From Rubripirellula sp. (GTDB lineage Bacteria; Planctomycetota; Planctomycetia; Pirellulales; Pirellulaceae), in contig OZ244207.1 in the NCBI GenBank assembly GCA_965216875.1, positions 7,488,001-7,552,000 on the forward strand: DNA of 64,000 nucleotides. The letters run 5' to 3'. A program made the translations under genes and the position numbers. The notes beneath the pieces were generated by a model. That model saw nothing but the letters and a program-made list of their open reading frames with translations. It was not told the DNA's origin and made no database searches. Positions within the stretch are counted from its first letter, which is position 1. Each line of letters begins with the position of its first letter. This document shows, one piece after another, positions 59,621 through 64,000 of the stretch.

Positions 59621-60238
59621 ATGACGCTAAGTGTTGCCAACATCGTTGATGCCACCGAGGCCGAAGGACCAGGCGTACGGTTTGCGATTTGGTTCCAGGG
59701 GTGTCCGTTCCGGTGCCCCGGTTGCTGCAATCCAGAGATGCTGACGTTTCGCGGCGGCACCGAGATGTCGGTCGCCGACGTGGCCCAGCGTATTGGCAAC
59801 GCGCTCGAGAACGAAGCGATTGAAGGGATCACGCTCCTCGGTGGCGAGCCCTTCTCGCATGCACGTGGCGCAAGTCAGCTTGCCGAGATCGCGCAAGTCA
59901 TGGGGCTGTCGGTGATGGTTTTTACCGGCCACGAGTTTTCACAGTTGCAAGCCAACCCAGACGATGACGTTCAGTCGCTGATGGAACACACCGATTTGCT
60001 GGTCGATGGTTTGTACGATCGAGACCAACCCGACACGACACGTCGCTGGATCGGATCAATGAACCAAGAGATCCACTTTTTATCGGGGCGATACAGCCGC
60101 GAAGACGCTTTCTGGAACAAACCTGATACGCTTGAGATTCGGCTACGCGATGGCGAGCTTGCGGTCAATGGTTTTCCAGCGAAGTCGGCGGTCGGTGTTT
60201 GGAAACGCCCACGCAAATCGTCGAAAACTCGGTCGTAG
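59621..60238 (+). CDS. NrdG/activase-like radical SAM protein
   Basis: EGPGVR..WFQGCPFRCPGCCNP (CxxxCxxC), GITLLGGEPF, DLLVDG.Y, GS.NQ. Confidence 0.92.
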   Translation: MTLSVANIVDATEAEGPGVRFAIWFQGCPFRCPGCCNPEMLTFRGGTEMSVADVAQRIGNALENEAIEGITLLGGEPFSHARGASQLAEIAQVMGLSVMVFTGHEFSQLQANPDDDVQSLMEHTDLLVDGLYDRDQPDTTRRWIGSMNQEIHFLSGRYSREDAFWNKPDTLEIRLRDGELAVNGFPAKSAVGVWKRPRKSSKTRS

Positions 60239-60333
60239 CTGCCTTGGCCAGAGGAGTGGAATGGTGTTGGCAAGCCACGCCCAACTTGCTGGCGAGCGTC
60301 GCTCCTGCGTGACCGACAACACAACAATCTAAT

Positions 60334-61371
60334 ATGCGTTCCGTCTCACGTTTCGAATCGAACCTGCTGCGAATCCTGCACTGCATCATGGGGCAGGCTG
60401 AGGTGACGCATGTGTTGCCGATCGTGTCCAAGGGGCAAAACCGTCCCAAGTGTTTGAGCCGCGACTGCGTCGAACTGGTCAAGCAGGCTCTTGGTGCGGG
60501 CACGATCACATTCCTCGCCGCCGAAGATGCCTGGAAGCATGAGCGTTACTTGCGCAACGACCAGATTTCCGAAGGCCGGCTTTGGCAACGCACCGATCCG
60601 TCTGAGCTTGGCCTTGAGTTTTCGGCTGCGTCGCTCGACCTGTTGATGTGGCTGACCGAACAACATGCGCCACAGAGCATGCCGCCTTGGGAATATGAGG
60701 GGCAACTCACGCTTGGCGACGAATTCTTGGTTGCTTTGACCGCGCTTGCGTTTTCCGATACCAAGATGCTGGTCCATTGTTTTCGTGTGGGGCGATTCGC
60801 TCAGGCAACGCTGGCGCCTTTGCTGGTGCCTGGCGGGTACGCCTATTCTCGAGTGACGCCTGAGCCTGACTATTCGTCGTGGGTTTCCGCGCCGGGTTGT
60901 TACGTCATCGAATCGATCCAGAAGCGTTTGGCCGCGCGTTGGACCCGGCTCGAAACCACAAAGCAGCGTTTACTATTGCCGGCAGAAATGCGTGCCGTCG
61001 GACAGGTCCAGGAAAGCGTCCTGACCGCCTGGATGGACGCCTGTGAAAAGGCAAATCGAAGAGATTTGTGCCGTTTTCTTTTCGAAGTTGCGGCGAAAGT
61101 CTACCGCGAGCAGACCACGTCTCGCGACTTCTTTGGCAATCTCGATACCAAAGACATGCGGCTGGCAGAGCGAACCGAAGTCTACCAAGTGGGGTCTGCA
61201 TTGATGCGAGCTGTCGACCGGCTGCGTCGCTGGCAGACTGCCAGTCAATCGGTCGGCTATTTCGACGAAGGCTATGCGGAGTCTCAGCTTCTCAAGTCGC
61301 TGTGGGAATCGGGGGCGATGGATGAAGCTGCGGCTCACGCCAGCCGGGTCAGCAAGGAACTCGATTTTTAG
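60334..61371 (+). CDS. Conserved helical hypothetical protein, probably an FtsH ternary-system component (fvmX6-like)
   Basis: 345-aa co-oriented ORF; VSRFE..LLRIL, GRLWQR, GYFDEGY motifs. Family name recalled, not searched. Confidence 0.6.
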   Translation: MRSVSRFESNLLRILHCIMGQAEVTHVLPIVSKGQNRPKCLSRDCVELVKQALGAGTITFLAAEDAWKHERYLRNDQISEGRLWQRTDPSELGLEFSAASLDLLMWLTEQHAPQSMPPWEYEGQLTLGDEFLVALTALAFSDTKMLVHCFRVGRFAQATLAPLLVPGGYAYSRVTPEPDYSSWVSAPGCYVIESIQKRLAARWTRLETTKQRLLLPAEMRAVGQVQESVLTAWMDACEKANRRDLCRFLFEVAAKVYREQTTSRDFFGNLDTKDMRLAERTEVYQVGSALMRAVDRLRRWQTASQSVGYFDEGYAESQLLKSLWESGAMDEAAAHASRVSKELDF

Positions 61372-61491
61372 ACTCTTCGAATCGCCGGATCGACAGTATG
61401 CCTCCGGTTGTTGTCGAGCTTTTGACGCTTTCACAGCTATCTCCTCTCTGTTGAACATGCGAAAATAGGGCAAGCATTGGAGGACATTTGC

Positions 61492-62061
61492 ATGAGCCGA
61501 GCATATCGAATCAGCGTCAGTGAAACGGTTCGCCGAGTCATTCACGCCGAGGACCACGTCAGCACTCAACTAGAAATCTTGGATGTGTTGCCGTGCGACC
61601 AAATGACCGACCTGTTGGCAGCCGAACTCGAAGGCCTTGGTTTCGAGCGAGACGGTGACGAGATGGTTCGCAAAGATGGCCCGACGACGGTTACCGTCGA
61701 CTTGCCATCGGCAACCGTCACGGTCACCAACGAAGCTGCCAAAGAAGTGAAGGTGTCGGGCAAGAAAACGGGCGTGACCTACGACGACTACGGTCCAAGT
61801 ACAAAAGAGGCCAAGGCAAAGGTCAAAGAGTCGTTGACGAAAGAACTCGAAAGCAACGTCGACGAAAAAGAAGCTGCCCTTCAAAAGAAGATCACCGACG
61901 AACTCGAATCGACACTTTCGGGTTTGCGAAAAGAACTCGATCAAGCAGTCAATCGAGTGACGGCAACCGCGCTGAAACAGAAAGCGGCACAGATTGGCCA
62001 GATCAAAGAGCTAACCGAAGATCCCGAATCGGGTTCACTCACGATTGTCGTCGAAGTGTAA
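61492..62061 (+). CDS. Conserved hypothetical protein with coiled coil, probably an FtsH ternary-system component (fvmX5-like)
   Basis: MSRAYRI.V.E start, coiled coil, C-terminal ALKQKAAQIGQI..SGSLTIVVEV. Family name recalled, not searched. Confidence 0.6.
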   Translation: MSRAYRISVSETVRRVIHAEDHVSTQLEILDVLPCDQMTDLLAAELEGLGFERDGDEMVRKDGPTTVTVDLPSATVTVTNEAAKEVKVSGKKTGVTYDDYGPSTKEAKAKVKESLTKELESNVDEKEAALQKKITDELESTLSGLRKELDQAVNRVTATALKQKAAQIGQIKELTEDPESGSLTIVVEV

Positions 62062-62083
62062 TTCGACCAGTGCCAGACGTCCC

Positions 62084-62180
62084 GTGAGCCGTACGCGCTA
62101 GCGTCGGGCTTTGCACCAGCGACTGGTCTTGCATTGCAGTTCGCATCACGGAGAGCCCGACGCTAGCGCGTTCGGCTCAC
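62084..62180. repeat. REP-like inverted doublet, family A'
   Basis: GTGAGCCGTACGCGCTAGCGTCGGGCT ... AGCCCGACGCTAGCGCGTTCGGCTCAC. Confidence 0.85.
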
Positions 62181-62320
62181 TGCATGCAGACCGCTGCCGT
62201 TTCGTCGTACCGAGCGTTTGCCGGAATCGTCAGGCGATTTGCCCAAAGGCGGCAATGCAAACGTGGAGGCCGCCGCGCAGCTGCCTCCCATACACCTTCT
62301 CACTCGCATAAAATTGCATC

Positions 62321-64000
62321 ATGTCTGTCATCATTCCCGAGTCGGAATTGCCGAAAGAGCTAACGCCTGAGCAGTCGGTCGAAGCGGCCTATGCAGAAAC
62401 GCTTAGCGACGTGGCGTCTGATTTGATCCGCGGTCTTCCTGCGCTTGTCGAATGTGACAAGGACTTGGCGCCGTACGTGTTCATGAATGTTCGCGCGCGG
62501 TTACGTCAAGAAGACTTGCGATGCCTCTATTTGGACGGTCGCCCGCCCGCCGACCAACCACCCGATCCTATGCAGGGCGGGTTGTTGGGCACGATGATTG
62601 GGCAGTTGCGTGATGCCGTTCGAGGCGCGGTGGAACGTCGCGTCGTTGTTTTGCCACACCTGGATCTGCTGACAACAAGCCAGGGTGGTTTGACCGCCGA
62701 AGCACGCGAAGTCATTCCGCTGCTTTACGAAAACCCCGAGTTGGTTTGGTTGGGATTCAAAGACCCTTCCTTTCCGCTTCCCGAAGTGATCGAGAATCTG
62801 TTCCCGCATCGGTACAGTTTGCTGGGGATCCCACGTCCGCGGCTCAAACAGTTGGTCACGCAGAAAGAAGCTCGCAAGTTTGGCAAAGAGTTCAACCCGT
62901 GGAGTCTGTACAAATACGTTTCAGGGATGAACGCAGTTCGGCTGCGCAAATTGTTGTCGACCCTCGAGGGGGAAGACTACCCGAGTGATCCGCGCCGCGC
63001 GTATGCACAGATTCGCCAAGCGACCAGTGGCGGAACACTGGAAGTACCTCGCGTCGACCTGCAAAACGACATTGGTGGCTACTCGAAAGTCAAGAAACGA
63101 CTGTCGTCCGAGATCCTCGAAGTGTTGTCGACGAAAGAGAGTCGAACCGACCCCGAAGAAATCAAGCGACTTGAAGAGTTGATTCCTCGTGGAATGGTTT
63201 TCTGGGGGCCTCCCGGGACGGGCAAGACGATGTTTGCCAAGGCGATCGCGACCGCAATCGGGGCGGCGATCACCGTTGTTTCGGGGCCGGAGCTTAAGAG
63301 TCGTTGGGTCGGCGAAAGTGAAGAACGATTGCGCCAGATCTTTCATCGTGCGCGACAATCCGCTCCTTCGATCATCGTCTTTGACGAACTCGATTCGTTC
63401 GCGGCCGCACGTGGCACTTACACCGGCAGTGGCGTCGAGCACTCGATGGTCAACCAGTTGCTTACCGAGATGGATGGATTCCATAGTGAGGAATTGGTCT
63501 TTGTGGTTGGCACGACGAACTTTGTCGACATCCTCGACCCCGCACTCTTGCGCCCTGGACGCTTTGAGTTCCACCTGCACATTCCCCATCCCGATCGGGA
63601 TGATCGTCGCGCGATTCTGAAAATCTACGACGAGAAGATGAACTTGAACCTCACCGAAGAGGCTCTCGAGTTCGCTGTCCGACGCACGGGAGAGTTTGTC
63701 GAAGGTGCAGCGGCGGGAACGCGATTCTCGGGCGACCATATCAACGCACTCTGTCGCGCGGTCGCACGGAATCGTTTGCGTGACAATGTCGATGGTCCAA
63801 CCGAGGCGAAAGACATCGATCGAGCACTGACCGAATGGGTGGATCGGCCGAAGATGACGCCTGTCGAAGAACGTGTTGTTGCCACACACGAGGCGGGACA
63901 CGCGGTCGTCGCCTTGTTCTGTCCGCACGCACCGCCGATCGATCGAATCTCGATTCGCGCCGACACTGCTGGGGCGCTCGGGTTTGTGCGTCACCAGGAT
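62321..64000 (+). CDS. Soluble FtsH-like AAA+ ATPase / M41 metallopeptidase; 3'-truncated and absent from the ORF track
   Basis: Translated by hand from ATG 62321: Walker A FWGPPGTGKT, pore loop SRWVGESE, Walker B IIVFDELD, SRH TTN..LDPALLRPGRF, then VATHEAGH. No N-terminal TM segment. Confidence 0.92.
   Translation, partial: MSVIIPESELPKELTPEQSVEAAYAETLSDVASDLIRGLPALVECDKDLAPYVFMNVRARLRQEDLRCLYLDGRPPADQPPDPMQGGLLGTMIGQLRDAVRGAVERRVVVLPHLDLLTTSQGGLTAEAREVIPLLYENPELVWLGFKDPSFPLPEVIENLFPHRYSLLGIPRPRLKQLVTQKEARKFGKEFNPWSLYKYVSGMNAVRLRKLLSTLEGEDYPSDPRRAYAQIRQATSGGTLEVPRVDLQNDIGGYSKVKKRLSSEILEVLSTKESRTDPEEIKRLEELIPRGMVFWGPPGTGKTMFAKAIATAIGAAITVVSGPELKSRWVGESEERLRQIFHRARQSAPSIIVFDELDSFAAARGTYTGSGVEHSMVNQLLTEMDGFHSEELVFVVGTTNFVDILDPALLRPGRFEFHLHIPHPDRDDRRAILKIYDEKMNLNLTEEALEFAVRRTGEFVEGAAAGTRFSGDHINALCRAVARNRLRDNVDGPTEAKDIDRALTEWVDRPKMTPVEERVVATHEAGHAVVALFCPHAPPIDRISIRADTAGALGFVRHQD

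Noticed and set aside
57410..59832. 386-aa (+) and 379-aa (-) ORFs
   Set aside because: They overlap well-supported genes on the opposite strand and have no recognisable features.
59621..60238. Calling the radical SAM gene nrdG
   Set aside because: No nrdD in the window, and the context points to a different system.
62921..63994. 357-aa minus-strand ORF in the track
   Set aside because: Antisense shadow of the + strand AAA+/M41 gene, which carries all the recognisable motifs.
1..64000. tRNA, rRNA, integrase, transposase or prophage genes
   Set aside because: None recognised by eye; tRNAscan-SE and Rfam scans would be needed to exclude divergent RNAs.

Overview
A GC-rich bacterial window that looks planctomycete (Pirellulaceae-like): it carries DUF1501, DUF1549/DUF1553, DUF1559, YTV-repeat, LEPRxLL and DUF6666-like genes. 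About 44 CDSs are supported, two of them cut by the window edges. Core genes include a stand-alone fusA, rpsR, kdsD-kdsC, an MsbA-like ABC transporter and a DegT aminotransferase. Accessory loci include a subtilisin plus V8-like double protease, two DUF1553/DUF1501 modules with different regulators, a PilMN-PilO-secretin operon, an ECF sigma factor with a vWA anti-sigma candidate, and glycan-modifying enzymes. The strongest system-level signal is at the right edge: a radical SAM gene, two conserved hypotheticals and a soluble AAA+/M41 (FtsH-like) protease that the ORF track missed. Together they resemble the start of an FtsH/vWA/MoxR 'ternary' conflict system. Non-coding signals are a ~160-nt rod-shaped candidate ncRNA, several REP-like palindrome families, a TA-flanked MITE-like element nested inside a REP, BlaI-type operators and a Fur-like box. 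I saw no rRNA, tRNA, CRISPR array or transposase. All family names come from motif recognition by eye, not from database searches.
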